A stretch of DNA of 64,000 bases from an uncultured Candidatus Saccharibacteria bacterium (GCA_964370865.1 CAYJKF010000004.1:22734-86733), one strand, 5' to 3'; shown: positions 29,542 through 40,187, numbered from the stretch's first letter. The notes: a model not told the origin generated them from the letters alone. Program-made: numbers and translations.

Positions 29542-30972
29542 ATGAAACGCACAAAAATAATAATAACTCTCGGCCCAGCTACTGAAACACCTGAAATAAT
29601 AGAAAAATTAATTCATGCAGGTGTAAATGTTTTTAGATTTAATTTAAAACACAATGATTACCAGTGGCATGGAGAGAAAATCGCGCTTGTTAGAGAAATC
29701 GCGCAAAAATTAAATACAGAGGTGGCTATTTTTGCAGACTTACAGGGACCAGAACTTAGAATCGGAAACTTTCCAAGTGGCATTGAAAAAATGAATTTAG
29801 AGGAAGGCCAAACTGTATATTTAACTCCAAGAAACATTGAAGGTGAAATATGCATTCCATTTAAGGATATAAATTTAATCAATGGAATGAAATCAGGAAA
29901 TAAAATCCTTATAGATGATGGAAATGTAGAATTGTCTTTTCAATCTAAAACTGCAAATTATATAAAAACAGTGGTAGTAGAGGGAGGGGCACTTGGTCCT
30001 AGAAAATCAGTAAGTATTCCTGATGGCACAATAAACGTCCCAACTTTACTCGAAAAAGATTACAAGGATATCGAATTTGTAACTAAGAATAGTGTAGATT
30101 TTATCGCTTTATCATTTGTCAGAGACGAAAAGGATATTACGACATTACGTACGGCAATAAAAGCTCAGGGTGGCAATCAAAAAATAATCGCAAAAATAGA
30201 AACATTAAAATCTGTAAACAACATTGATGAAATTATTCGTGCAAGCGATGTAATAATGATTGCAAGAGGAGATTTAGGAGTTGAGATTCCTTATGAAAAA
30301 GTTCCAAAAATCCAAGAGATGATAATTACAGAGTGCCGTAAGCACTACAAACCAGTAATTGTAGCTACCCAAATGCTAATGAGTATGATCAAAAACCCAT
30401 TACCATCACGTGCTGAAGTCGCTGATATTGCTCATGCGGTAATTCAAAAGACGGATTGTCTAATGCTTTCAGATGAAACTACGATTGGAGATTATCCAGT
30501 AAAAGCTGTAACGGTCATGGCAAAGATTGCACGATTTAACGATTCGCACGACGTAGGATTAAACAATACTGCTCGTATAGATTTCGACTCTGATACTTAT
30601 GAGGAAATGGTAATCGCAGCCTCTATTAGACTCAGCAGTGAAAAACCTAATAATGAGAAATCTGAAATAAAAGGTTATATCGTTTTCACAGAATCAGGAA
30701 AATCAGCAAGGGTACTTTCGAGATTTCGATCGAATCTTCCTGTATACGCATTTACATCACATCATTCAATTGCAAGACGTTTAAATATGTCTTATGGAAT
30801 CACTCCTTTTCATATGAAATTGCATAAAAATCCAGTTAATAATATTAAAGAAGCTTTATCCACTTTGAAAAAACGAAATTTAATTGACGCCGGAAATCGA
30901 ATGATCGTTATCTTTGGCCAAAACGTTGGGGAATTAGAATCAAATAATACGGTCAGTATTGTTCAGGCGTAG
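29542..30972 (+). CDS. pyk: Pyruvate kinase
   Basis: TKIIITLGP, DLQGPELR, IAKIE, ARGDLG, ATQML.SM. Confidence 0.95.
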   Translation: MKRTKIIITLGPATETPEIIEKLIHAGVNVFRFNLKHNDYQWHGEKIALVREIAQKLNTEVAIFADLQGPELRIGNFPSGIEKMNLEEGQTVYLTPRNIEGEICIPFKDINLINGMKSGNKILIDDGNVELSFQSKTANYIKTVVVEGGALGPRKSVSIPDGTINVPTLLEKDYKDIEFVTKNSVDFIALSFVRDEKDITTLRTAIKAQGGNQKIIAKIETLKSVNNIDEIIRASDVIMIARGDLGVEIPYEKVPKIQEMIITECRKHYKPVIVATQMLMSMIKNPLPSRAEVADIAHAVIQKTDCLMLSDETTIGDYPVKAVTVMAKIARFNDSHDVGLNNTARIDFDSDTYEEMVIAASIRLSSEKPNNEKSEIKGYIVFTESGKSARVLSRFRSNLPVYAFTSHHSIARRLNMSYGITPFHMKLHKNPVNNIKEALSTLKKRNLIDAGNRMIVIFGQNVGELESNNTVSIVQA

Positions 30973-30992
30973 AAACAATATTCCGTTACAAT

Positions 30993-31397
30993 TTATATAT
31001 TATTGGACACAACAGACGCTGTATTTTTTGGATTTCCAGTCTGAAGTACAAATAAAATTGTAAGAACAATACCTGTAAATAAACCTAAGCCGAACATTCC
31101 ACCTCTAAACCATAACAATGTCGTTACTATCGCAGGCCATTGTACGAGTCTGCTTTTTGGTTTTTTTAGGTTAAAATATCCCAATACAAGCCATAGCAAT
31201 CCATATATAGAATAGCCAATTACATGTCCCCAGTTTTTTCCATAGTAAGGGCTTTCTAGCATACGTAGGGTGATCGGTGTTAGAAGTCCATCATTTGTAA
31301 CAAGAAACAATGCTAATAAAATTGCGGGGAGAAAAAGTGCTGCTGCCTGAAAAAATAAAATCGCCGAAGAAAAATATACGAGCTTGGAATTGGCCAT
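30993..31397 (-). CDS. Small membrane protein
   Basis: 3-4 hydrophobic segments. Confidence 0.6.
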   Translation of the reverse strand: MANSKLVYFSSAILFFQAAALFLPAILLALFLVTNDGLLTPITLRMLESPYYGKNWGHVIGYSIYGLLWLVLGYFNLKKPKSRLVQWPAIVTTLLWFRGGMFGLGLFTGIVLTILFVLQTGNPKNTASVVSNNI

Positions 31398-31453
31398 ATA
31401 AAATCAATTAAATATCCACTGATATAATGTTAACACTATGATTCCGTTTTCTC

Positions 31454-32437
31454 CTATTTCCCATGAAACTTCTCGTGAACTTCTTTTAGATGCTTATTTG
31501 TAACGTGCGTATAAATCTGCGTTGTAGAAACGTCCGCATGACCAAGCAATTCCTGTACAGAACGAAGGTCTGCTCCTGCAATTAATAAATCAGTTGCAAA
31601 GCTATGCCTCAAAACGTGTGGGGTAACATTCTGGGATATTCCTGCTTTAAGAGCATATTTCTTTATGAGCCTTTGAACTGATCTTGGAGTTAAGCGCAGT
31701 GATTCACCCTCTGGATCATTTAATTCCATTGATTTGCCACTGTATCTAACAAATAGAGGTTTGAAAGTATCATTTCTAGTAGATTGATACTTACGAATCC
31801 ACCCAGCTGCGACATCCGATAAATAAACCGTTCTAACTTTTCGACCTTTACCAATAACAGCAAATTCTTTGCGTTCTAGAATTTGAGGAGAAATATCCTC
31901 TCGGTTTAAATGAATTAATTCGCTAATACGTAAACCTGTGCTAAATAATGTCTCAAGTATTGCACGATCACGAATTCCACTTTTTTTATTTAAATCTTGG
32001 ACTTTAAACAAGTCAGATACTTGATCTGGCGCTAAAAACTTAGGTACTCGAGGATCTTGTTTACCCAGAATAATTTTGTCAGGGGGAAGCGTGTCATTTA
32101 AGTTCACTTCAACTATTAAGTAACGAAAGAACGACCTTAGCGCTGTTAAATAACGATTTTGGGTATTTCTTTGAATCGTTTCATTATGTCGCTTATCGCT
32201 AAGACGACGGTTTAAATACATACGAAATTCACGAACAACATCTTGATCTATCTTTTTATAAGAAACACTCTCAGCTGAAAAATATTCTTTTGCCCAAGCT
32301 TCAAATGACTTAAGGTACAAATGATACATTTTTACGGTTCCTTGGGACAAATTACGATCGACCTCACAGTACTGCAGAAATTGATCTATTAAGTAACCAA
32401 TATCATTTTTGTTTACTGAGTGATTCTGATTTGGCAT
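31454..32437 (-). CDS. Xer-family tyrosine recombinase
   Basis: Complete catalytic set: GLRISEL, GKG, HVLRHSFAT, LLGH, TTQIY; N-terminal SAM-like domain. Confidence 0.93.
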   Translation of the reverse strand: MPNQNHSVNKNDIGYLIDQFLQYCEVDRNLSQGTVKMYHLYLKSFEAWAKEYFSAESVSYKKIDQDVVREFRMYLNRRLSDKRHNETIQRNTQNRYLTALRSFFRYLIVEVNLNDTLPPDKIILGKQDPRVPKFLAPDQVSDLFKVQDLNKKSGIRDRAILETLFSTGLRISELIHLNREDISPQILERKEFAVIGKGRKVRTVYLSDVAAGWIRKYQSTRNDTFKPLFVRYSGKSMELNDPEGESLRLTPRSVQRLIKKYALKAGISQNVTPHVLRHSFATDLLIAGADLRSVQELLGHADVSTTQIYTHVTNKHLKEVHEKFHGK

Positions 32438-32897
32438 AGAGTTAATTAAGATTACGACGTTTACCTAACTAGGTCAAATAAGTAAAAAGATAAATTGAAT
32501 TATTGGAAAATATTTGGACGCAGAAATACTAGAATCGAGACTTGTAGGACTTAGGGATGTCTAGAAAACCTAGAATCCTACTAGATCGTATTAGTGAGGA
32601 TTTTCCACCTTATCTCTTAGGTATCTAAGTAGCCATTATCGAATATAAAGGCCTTAAAACGGCGATAAACGCGATGTTTTAAGCACGAAAACTAGCTAAT
32701 TTAGCTTATATCTAAAATAAGGTTAGGAAGCCAGATATGACAAATATTCTTATTAAAATTTAATTAAACAAACCTGGTGGGCTAGGGAAATAAGAAATAA
32801 ATTAATAAATAGGTAATTAAATAAAATATAAAAATTATTTCTTGTGATAATTTTGGAATAGATTTATGTAGAGTAGGGTCATAATTTGCGTACACCA

Positions 32898-32928
32898 AAC
32901 TCGTCGTAATTTGTATGTTTAACGACGT
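32898..32928. other. Candidate dif-like site at the putative replication terminus
   Basis: cgtcgtaa-N10-taacgacg imperfect palindrome lying inside the interval where GTAGGG polarity switches; a matching half-site sits at 32451-32459 upstream of xer. Confidence 0.45.
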
Positions 32929-33239
32929 GATGTAACGGGATTCAGGACATGGCATATTTCATAGAGATAATAACAAAAAGGGGGAAATTCCAAAGAAATC
33001 TTCTAATTCCTTCTTTTAATTCAATTTAATTAAATTAATTACAACTTCGCCTAGAGATATATCCCAATTAATTAAGGATTTATAACTGAGTAAGTTTAGA
33101 ACCTAAGAAATGTATGAATTATCCACAAATTCCTTAATATAGACCTATAGTGTCAAAGTAGGACAAACTGCCAGGCACCTTTTATACGACAATGATAGTC
33201 CTATAGTTTTCGGGTACTATTCCCCTACTCTGCTTACTT

Positions 33240-34052
33240 TTATGAGATAAAAAACGCAATAAATAGCGAAAGAACAAGCAAAAATACAGATTCTATTATG
33301 TATTTTGTGTTTACATTATGCACTAATAAATTCTGAATTAAGTTAATTAGGATGTAGGTCGTGACGCTCAGGATAATCGAACTTGCATATGCTTCGTATG
33401 GAAAATACATCAAAACAATAGATAGTTGTGTAATGACTAGGACGGCGAAAAACGAGATAGATTCAATCTTTACAAGGTTTTTCGCCTTTACCTCCCCTAT
33501 TTTTTCATCTAAAAAGAACCAACGGATAGTGTAGAAAATTAAATAATAGTAAATAAAGAATAAAATCGCTTTAACTAGTAAGTTAACCAACGGTAAATTA
33601 GTAAATATAAGCAACTTGTAATTTACCGTCGCAAATAAAAACGACCCCATAATGGTTGTAATGAATACGATAAGTCTGGCAGGTTGAATTAACGGTATAT
33701 TTTCATTAACTTTCTCTGCAACAATGTAAATATTGAAGGACAAAAGGAGCCCATATATCACGCCTCCCATTCCAAGAAAATAAACAGCTTTGATGTAATT
33801 ATCTAAATTTGGAAATGCGAAAGGAAAGATATGAGCACAAAATACAAAAAGCGCAAGATAAATTGCTTTATCGAGAATATAAGTACCCTTATGAACCTTA
33901 TAAAAGGCTCCAAGCGATATTAATGTAGATAACGTTACGATAGATACATACACATAGACATTGGTAATATTCAGCAATATATCGCAAATAGCACCGGTGA
34001 ACGAAAATAACAAACCAAATCCAAGGTATGTGATTTTCTTATTAAACGCCAT
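33240..34052 (-). CDS. Multi-pass membrane protein
   Basis: About 9 TM segments; TATAAT 6 nt before the ATG. Confidence 0.75.
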   Translation of the reverse strand: MAFNKKITYLGFGLLFSFTGAICDILLNITNVYVYVSIVTLSTLISLGAFYKVHKGTYILDKAIYLALFVFCAHIFPFAFPNLDNYIKAVYFLGMGGVIYGLLLSFNIYIVAEKVNENIPLIQPARLIVFITTIMGSFLFATVNYKLLIFTNLPLVNLLVKAILFFIYYYLIFYTIRWFFLDEKIGEVKAKNLVKIESISFFAVLVITQLSIVLMYFPYEAYASSIILSVTTYILINLIQNLLVHNVNTKYIIESVFLLVLSLFIAFFIS

Positions 34053-34068
34053 GATTGAATTATAGTTG

Positions 34069-34542
34069 CTAGACTGATTTTATACAGTGGCAGATTGCTA
34101 AAGCTAAAGCATCTGAAGCATCGATTGGCTTAATTTTTTCCTTTAAACAAAGGATTGTTTCGATTTTTTCTCGAACCATGTCTTTTTCAGCTCTTCCATA
34201 ACCAGTAAGGGTTAACTTTGCCTGTAATGCAGTGTATTCAAAAACTGGCAACTTATATTCTCCCGCGACTAAAAGATAAATTCCTCTAGCTTGACCAACT
34301 TGGATTGCAGTCTTAGCGTTAGTGTTAAAGAATAATCTTTCAATAACCATAACATCAGGTTTTGTTCTTTCGATAATTGAAGAAATACTACCGTGAATTT
34401 TTAATAGACGATCCTGCATAAAGTGGTCCTTGTCAGTTTTAACCTGACCATATTCGATGGACCTAATTTTATCCTTATTAAAAAGCTCAACAACGCCAAA
34501 TCCAGTAGTTGCTGTGCCAGGATCAATCCCTAATATAATCAT
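34069..34542 (-). CDS. ruvC: Holliday junction resolvase
   Basis: ILGIDPG, E.LFF.TN, GQARG, DASDALALAICH. Confidence 0.95.
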   Translation of the reverse strand: MIILGIDPGTATTGFGVVELFNKDKIRSIEYGQVKTDKDHFMQDRLLKIHGSISSIIERTKPDVMVIERLFFNTNAKTAIQVGQARGIYLLVAGEYKLPVFEYTALQAKLTLTGYGRAEKDMVREKIETILCLKEKIKPIDASDALALAICHCIKSV

Positions 34543-35114
34543 TATTCTGACTCCTCGTTATCCTCATCGGAATCAGCATTTGTATCTTCGAAATTTGTGA
34601 AAATGTCGACTACATCACTTAACCCACCAAGTTCATCAGTAAGTGATATTAGTTTATTTCTACCCGCCTCATCAAGTGGAATTTTAAAAGTAGGGTTATC
34701 AAAATCTCCATTTGGAAATATATATGCAACAGAACCAGCTTCACCTAAGGAACCTCCATGGTCGTTAAAAGCGTGCCTTACTTCTGAAACCGTTCGATTT
34801 TTATTGTCTGTTAAACACTTAACAATTACGGCAACGCCTCCTGCGGCATAACCTTCATATGTCGCTTCTACAAATTGAGTCCCCTCTAATTTTCCAGAAC
34901 CTTTTGCGATTGCTCGGTCAATTCGTTCTTTTGGCATATTCATTGCCTTTGCCTTATCAACCGCTGATCTTAAGGTTGGATTTGCATCCACGTCACCGCT
35001 AGTTTTCGCTGCAGTTATAATGTCTTGGACTAGTCGGGTAAATACTTTACCCTTCTTTGCATCCATTAGACCTTTTTTCCTTTTAATATTTGACCATTTT
35101 GAATGACCGGACAT
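34542..35114 (-). CDS. yebC: YebC/PmpR family protein (short form)
   Basis: [27 protein letters not shown]. Confidence 0.93.
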   Translation of the reverse strand: MSGHSKWSNIKRKKGLMDAKKGKVFTRLVQDIITAAKTSGDVDANPTLRSAVDKAKAMNMPKERIDRAIAKGSGKLEGTQFVEATYEGYAAGGVAVIVKCLTDNKNRTVSEVRHAFNDHGGSLGEAGSVAYIFPNGDFDNPTFKIPLDEAGRNKLISLTDELGGLSDVVDIFTNFEDTNADSDEDNEESE

Positions 35115-35116
35115 AT

Positions 35117-36298
35117 TTAGTAATCAACTAACACTAAAGTGGCTTTAGTACGGAATATTTCTGAATTATATCCACCATTAACAATTAAATCAGAAAGCTT
35201 AATTACATTAGTTATTTGAAGCGTATCTGCTAACAATTTAACTGTATTTAAATTCTCGTCATCGACTATTATAGTATTTCCTTCAAAATCTGTAAAAGAA
35301 TTCTCCGCACCCAAAACTCCTGTGCCGATATTTTTAGCGAGTCTATTGCCCCAACCTGCTAAACCAGGTATTTTTGGGTCGTTTGAAGCGTTAAGCACAA
35401 AAACTTTTATTCCTTCTTTTTTAACTTCTGCATACTGGGTCGACTCCTGCCAAAGCCTATCCCACTGCTCAGTATCTTGTAGCTCATATGTACTCAATCG
35501 GTGATAAATGGACGAGTTACTCGAGGTATTCTTAATAAACTTGAGAACCGAAAAAGTGTCGTCTACACTTAAATTGGTTTTAACGCCATCCCGAAATGAT
35601 AATAATGACCTAGGAACCTTAACTGTATTCTTTAGTCGTAGATTGACTGCCAAATCATTAAAATCCACTCCACCATAGATGTCATTTATTTCTGTGTAAG
35701 TGGCCTCATCGATTATGATATAGCCATCAATTTTTACCGCCAGATAATTAACGAAAAAAGCTTTTAAATCTGAGGTAAAATAGGTTTGATCAGCAAATGA
35801 TTTGCTATATATATCTTTAAGCTTAAGTGTATTTTTTTCACTGCCCTTGATTGGAATTGTAATTTCTTCTTCGATTGGGAAATCGTAGGTATAATATTTC
35901 CCGGCCTTCTCATCCGCTTTAAACAGGAATAGTTTTTTGACTTCCCCGTGCTCGCTATAATCGCTTACATAAACGATAGCAATGTTTGTTGTGAAATTTT
36001 CTGTATCCCATACAGAATTTGCAAAATACTCGTCTTCTGATGCTTTTGTAAAAGGAGCGTTAATAAATTTGTAAAGACCAACGGATACCATAATAGCTAC
36101 GGAAGCGACAACAAGTAACATTCCCATTACAGAACGCCATAGATGCTTCTTAACGTTCTTTACAACCTTTTTTCTGCCATAGGTACGCTTCTGTGCTACC
36201 CCGCGTGTAGATGACCTAGAATTGGATACCGTTCGTTTAGCATATAATGGCTTGTTACTTCTTGTCTTGGGCATGATTGTTACTATCAATGATAACAA
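35117..36298 (-). CDS. LCP-like / LytR C-terminal domain membrane protein
   Basis: Basic N-terminus, one TM, IDGYI, C-terminal VFVLNAS...GLAG; true start may be MPKTR. Confidence 0.65.
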   Translation of the reverse strand: MLSLIVTIMPKTRSNKPLYAKRTVSNSRSSTRGVAQKRTYGRKKVVKNVKKHLWRSVMGMLLVVASVAIMVSVGLYKFINAPFTKASEDEYFANSVWDTENFTTNIAIVYVSDYSEHGEVKKLFLFKADEKAGKYYTYDFPIEEEITIPIKGSEKNTLKLKDIYSKSFADQTYFTSDLKAFFVNYLAVKIDGYIIIDEATYTEINDIYGGVDFNDLAVNLRLKNTVKVPRSLLSFRDGVKTNLSVDDTFSVLKFIKNTSSNSSIYHRLSTYELQDTEQWDRLWQESTQYAEVKKEGIKVFVLNASNDPKIPGLAGWGNRLAKNIGTGVLGAENSFTDFEGNTIIVDDENLNTVKLLADTLQITNVIKLSDLIVNGGYNSEIFRTKATLVLVDY

Positions 36299-36331
36299 AT
36301 TATCATTGTCACGACACTATTTTATTGGGAT

Positions 36332-37108
36332 TTATTTAAGTTTGTTTAAAACGCTTTGCAAATCTTCTGGCAAAGGGGCACTTATTTCAATGGGCTCATG
36401 AGTAATTGGATCTGAGAATTTGATATAAAATGCATGCAAAAATTGTCTATCAATACGGTCTAAATTTCTTTTATATCTATTTTTGCCGGAATATAAAAAG
36501 TCACCAAGTACTGGAGTATTTAAAGCGGCCAAATGAACTCTAATCTGATGGGTTCTTCCAGTTTTTGGATAGCATTCGATTAGGGAATATTCCTGCCCTT
36601 CTTCATCCTTAACGATTTTTATGATTTTTCCATGGGTAACAGCTTCTTTTCCATTTACATCGACTGCAAATTTTTCTCGATTTTTTCTATTGCGAGTAAT
36701 TGGAGCATTTATTTCAAATTCGGTTTCTGGTTTACCATCTTTTAATACACCGTAAACTAAGACCAAATATTTTTTGACGACTTCCCTATCCTTAAACTGA
36801 CGTTGAAGCTCTTCGAATGCATCCCAAGTCTTCGCAACAATTATTACACCGGATGTGTCTTTGTCTAATCTGTGTACAATTCCTGAGCGACTGTAAAATT
36901 CAGAAATATAACCATCTTCAGTTAAACGAGTTTTTTCGTTTTCATCTTTAGGTGTATATAATTCTGGGTAAGTTTCGGATAAGTGTTTTTGCAGTGTGGC
37001 CACGTCTTTAGTTGTATTTGCATCGTTCACCACAAGACCAGCTGGTTTATCGAACACAAAACAGCCATCGTTTTCGAAAAGTATTTTAAAATCTTTTTTA
37101 TTCGGCAT
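36332..37108 (-). CDS. RluA/RluD-family pseudouridine synthase
   Basis: KPAGL, VHRLDKDTSG, TGRTHQIRVH, LHA. Confidence 0.93.
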   Translation of the reverse strand: MPNKKDFKILFENDGCFVFDKPAGLVVNDANTTKDVATLQKHLSETYPELYTPKDENEKTRLTEDGYISEFYSRSGIVHRLDKDTSGVIIVAKTWDAFEELQRQFKDREVVKKYLVLVYGVLKDGKPETEFEINAPITRNRKNREKFAVDVNGKEAVTHGKIIKIVKDEEGQEYSLIECYPKTGRTHQIRVHLAALNTPVLGDFLYSGKNRYKRNLDRIDRQFLHAFYIKFSDPITHEPIEISAPLPEDLQSVLNKLK

Positions 37109-37448
37109 GTTTGATGCAAGTCTTGGCAGTAGGATTTGCTTGTAGTCTTTCTATGCTAATTTTTTCTCCACAAACTTCGCAAATTCCATAATCGCCTTCG
37201 TTGATGTTTTTTAGAGCGGCATCGATATCTTTACTTTCTTTAGCTAAATCCTCTTGAATTGCGTCTAAAGTAACACGTTCTTGTAAGTCTGCTACCTCTT
37301 CTTCCATCTCATCCATATTTCTAGTTCCATCCTGCAGATATTCCTGCATATAAGGGTCCTTTTGTTTAACGTCACTGATCTGCTCTTTTACTTCTTTTTT
37401 TCGTTGTAAAAGTACGTGTTTAATTTTTTCAAAAAAGTTATCTGCCAT
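37098..37448 (-). CDS. DksA/TraR C4 zinc-finger protein
   Basis: YGICEVCG..I..ERL.A.P.A..CIKH after a coiled coil. Confidence 0.88.
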   Translation of the reverse strand: MADNFFEKIKHVLLQRKKEVKEQISDVKQKDPYMQEYLQDGTRNMDEMEEEVADLQERVTLDAIQEDLAKESKDIDAALKNINEGDYGICEVCGEKISIERLQANPTAKTCIKHAE

Positions 37449-38133
37449 TTTCTAATGTTTTGGATTTTCGTCGTTTCTTTATAAAAAAATAGAATGAAAC
37501 AACTAAAATCAGTAAATAAAATAATACTTGTAGCTTCCAAAAATGCGATGAGAAATTGAAGTTTTTGGCTAAAAACAGAATAGCAACCAGGCTTGATACG
37601 GTCAAGTAAAGGAAAAACAACATCCCCGTAAATAATATTTTATGGTATCTCTTAAGCTCAAAGTACAATTTACTTGAGCCATACTGTTTTTTGAGCCTCA
37701 AATACCTAGTAAATCCAAATAAACTGTAAAAAATTGCTGAAAGAATAATATAGTCAGCGAGAGGCAATGCAACCGCAAAACCCGTGAAAATTATAGCAGT
37801 AAAAATGCTTAACGCGGGTGCTAGCATATCCCCTACTTTCCATATATCCCAACCATTTTTGCGAACATAGATGGCAATTGCAATTCCTCCTCCCATTAAA
37901 ACGCCTTCTAATATCAGTGGAGCTGACCAAAACTGATATTTAAAATAATCCATACTCAACGGTCTAAATAAAAGTTTCCCTCCAATCAATCCACCAATTA
38001 ACATTAAAAAACATGCATCAAAGATTTTGTTCGGGCTGTATCCTTCTTCAGTAGAATCTTTCCAATAAAAGTAAGCGAAGAATAAAGCCGCAATTATTAG
38101 TGAAATTGTGTATATTATAATTTCTGGAGTCAT
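37438..38133 (-). CDS. Lgt-like membrane protein (degenerate prolipoprotein diacylglyceryl transferase)
   Basis: GGLIGGKLLF, G.LMGG, WKVGDMLAP resemble the Lgt N-terminal half; catalytic motifs are absent. Confidence 0.6.
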   Translation of the reverse strand: MTPEIIIYTISLIIAALFFAYFYWKDSTEEGYSPNKIFDACFLMLIGGLIGGKLLFRPLSMDYFKYQFWSAPLILEGVLMGGGIAIAIYVRKNGWDIWKVGDMLAPALSIFTAIIFTGFAVALPLADYIILSAIFYSLFGFTRYLRLKKQYGSSKLYFELKRYHKILFTGMLFFLYLTVSSLVAILFLAKNFNFSSHFWKLQVLFYLLILVVSFYFFIKKRRKSKTLENGR

Positions 38134-38137
38134 TTTA

Positions 38138-38695
38138 TTAGGCTCTGTTTACATAAAGACCGGTTTCGGTATTTATCTTTATGGTATCACCTTCTTTAAT
38201 AAAGAGCGGCACTTCAATTTCGGTACCATTTTCTATTATTGCCTTTTTAGTGGCCGAGGTTGCAGTATTGCCTTTTACTGCAGGTGGAGCTGACACGATC
38301 TTAAAAAACATGCTTGGCGATAGGATTATGGAAATAGGCTTGCCTTTATATAGCATTATTTGGAAATCTTTACCTTCTATGAGGAATTTGGATTCGTAAG
38401 CGATGCTCTCTGTGGGAATTTCGTACTGACTGTAATCAATGTTATCCATAAAGTAGTGATTATCATCATCTTTATATAGGAATTGCATTGTTTTATTCTC
38501 CACCTCGGCTTCTTCTACTTTATCTCCGTTTGTTAAGGAAATTTCTTTAATTGAGCCAGTTAAAAGATGTTTTACTTTTACTTTAATAACTGCACTACCC
38601 CGTGCCATTTTAATATGTTCGTAGCCAAGTACCTTATAAGGCTCATTATAGTGGACAAAAACTATTCCGTTGCGTAGATCGGTGACATTAATCAT
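38138..38695 (-). CDS. efp: Elongation factor P
   Basis: DLRNG, KMARGSA loop, KGNTAT, VPLFI..GD.I.INT.TG.Y. Confidence 0.95.
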   Translation of the reverse strand: MINVTDLRNGIVFVHYNEPYKVLGYEHIKMARGSAVIKVKVKHLLTGSIKEISLTNGDKVEEAEVENKTMQFLYKDDDNHYFMDNIDYSQYEIPTESIAYESKFLIEGKDFQIMLYKGKPISIILSPSMFFKIVSAPPAVKGNTATSATKKAIIENGTEIEVPLFIKEGDTIKINTETGLYVNRA

Positions 38696-38816
38696 AACTT
38701 GTAAATTATAATCGTTATAACTTTAAGTTCAACCAAGAGGAATCATTCGATTGGGTTTTCCCGTTCGGATTAGATTTGGCCCGGGTTACGTTGTGGCTTG
38801 GCTTTCGGTCTAGACC

Positions 38817-40139
38817 TTATTTTTCGGCCTGCTCTTTTGAAGCTTGTTCGTAGAATTTCGTTCTTTCTCCCCTAAAATACATAGAAATTGAGCCTGTTGG
38901 GCCATTTCTGTGTTTGGAAATGGATAAGGTTACCTCATTTCTGTTTTCATCGTCTGGACGGTGTAAGAACATGACTACATCGGCGTCTTGCTCGATACTT
39001 CCACTTTCTCGAAGGTCGCTAAGTTGTGGTTGTTTTGTGCCTCTCTGCTCTACTAGACGGTTAAGCTGCGCGGCCGCAACGACAGGAATATTTAACTCTT
39101 TTGCCAGGGCCTTTAGTCCCCAAGAGATTTCTGAAACCTCTTGTACGCGGTTTTCCATACTGCGGCCGCGCATGAGCTGTAAGTAGTCAACTATTATCAT
39201 TTGAATGCCTTTGTCAGAATGAATTCTTCTAGCCTTTGTTCTAAGCTCCATAATTGAAATACTAGGCGTATCGTCAACATAAATTGGAGCATCTGCTAAA
39301 ACTCCAGCTGCTTCGCCGTATGATGCTAATTCCTCATCCGTCAACTTTCCACTTGCTATCTTAAAACCATCAATATTTGCCTGAGCTGATACCATTCTCA
39401 TTCCTAAATCTACTGTGCTCATTTCAAGTGAAAAAATTCCAATTGGAATTTTGTGTTCTGTCGCCGCAAACTGTGCGATGTTCAATAATAAAGCCGATTT
39501 ACCTACAGATGGACGAGCAGCAACTATTATCAAGTTGCCTGGTCTAAATCCATTTAACTTAGAATCAAGCGACTTAAATCCTGTTGGAATTCCTCTCAAT
39601 TGATCTTTATTCCTATAAAGCTCGTCAAGTAAATCGAAACTTTCTTCAAGAGTCTTTCTAATTGAAACAAACTCCCCTTTTAAACTCTGGGATGAGATAT
39701 TAAAAAGTCTGCGCTCGGCATCATCCAATATATTCTCGATTTCTTGTTTTTCATCATATGCTAAATCTGCAAACTCCGAAGAAATTTGTATAAGTCTTCG
39801 TCTAATATAAGCATCCCTAACCAACTTCGCATGTGCCTCGATATTAAATGCGGATGGCGTATGATTGGCTAAATCTGTAATAACAGAAACTCCACCTACT
39901 TTATCGAGTAATTGCTGCTTCTTAAGTTTGGCTGTGACAGTAACAATATCGATCGGATCCCTATCTTCATAAAGAACCATCATAGACTCATATACGTATC
40001 TGTTTTTATCGTCGTAGAAATATTCTGGCGCCAAAAAATCCGCGATCTTAATAATAGAATCTTTATCTAATAGAATTGCGCCAAGAACCGCTTTTTCTGC
40101 ATCTAAACTTTGAGGTTGCATTTTTACTACGTCTGCCAT
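38817..40139 (-). CDS. dnaB: Replicative DNA helicase
   Basis: ARPSVGKS, FSLEM, VDYLQLM, DLRESGSIEQDAD, KHRNG. Confidence 0.96.
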   Translation of the reverse strand: MADVVKMQPQSLDAEKAVLGAILLDKDSIIKIADFLAPEYFYDDKNRYVYESMMVLYEDRDPIDIVTVTAKLKKQQLLDKVGGVSVITDLANHTPSAFNIEAHAKLVRDAYIRRRLIQISSEFADLAYDEKQEIENILDDAERRLFNISSQSLKGEFVSIRKTLEESFDLLDELYRNKDQLRGIPTGFKSLDSKLNGFRPGNLIIVAARPSVGKSALLLNIAQFAATEHKIPIGIFSLEMSTVDLGMRMVSAQANIDGFKIASGKLTDEELASYGEAAGVLADAPIYVDDTPSISIMELRTKARRIHSDKGIQMIIVDYLQLMRGRSMENRVQEVSEISWGLKALAKELNIPVVAAAQLNRLVEQRGTKQPQLSDLRESGSIEQDADVVMFLHRPDDENRNEVTLSISKHRNGPTGSISMYFRGERTKFYEQASKEQAEK

Positions 40140-40187
40140 GGTAAGAATATAATACTACATGTTCTAGAATGATATACTTTAGCGTAT

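Noticed and set aside
31454-32437. Integron integrase or prophage integrase
   Set aside because: No IntI-specific insertion, attC cassettes, phage genes or att duplication are visible; the sequence fits a chromosomal Xer.
32438-33239. oriC in the long AT-rich gap
   Set aside because: No cluster of DnaA boxes and no dnaA/dnaN nearby; motif polarity and gene orientation converge as expected for a terminus.
38700-38816. GC-richer efp-dnaB spacer sharing cgaacggg...ccaatcg with the prfA-htrA spacer
   Set aside because: The match is too short and no consistent structure could be supported by eye.
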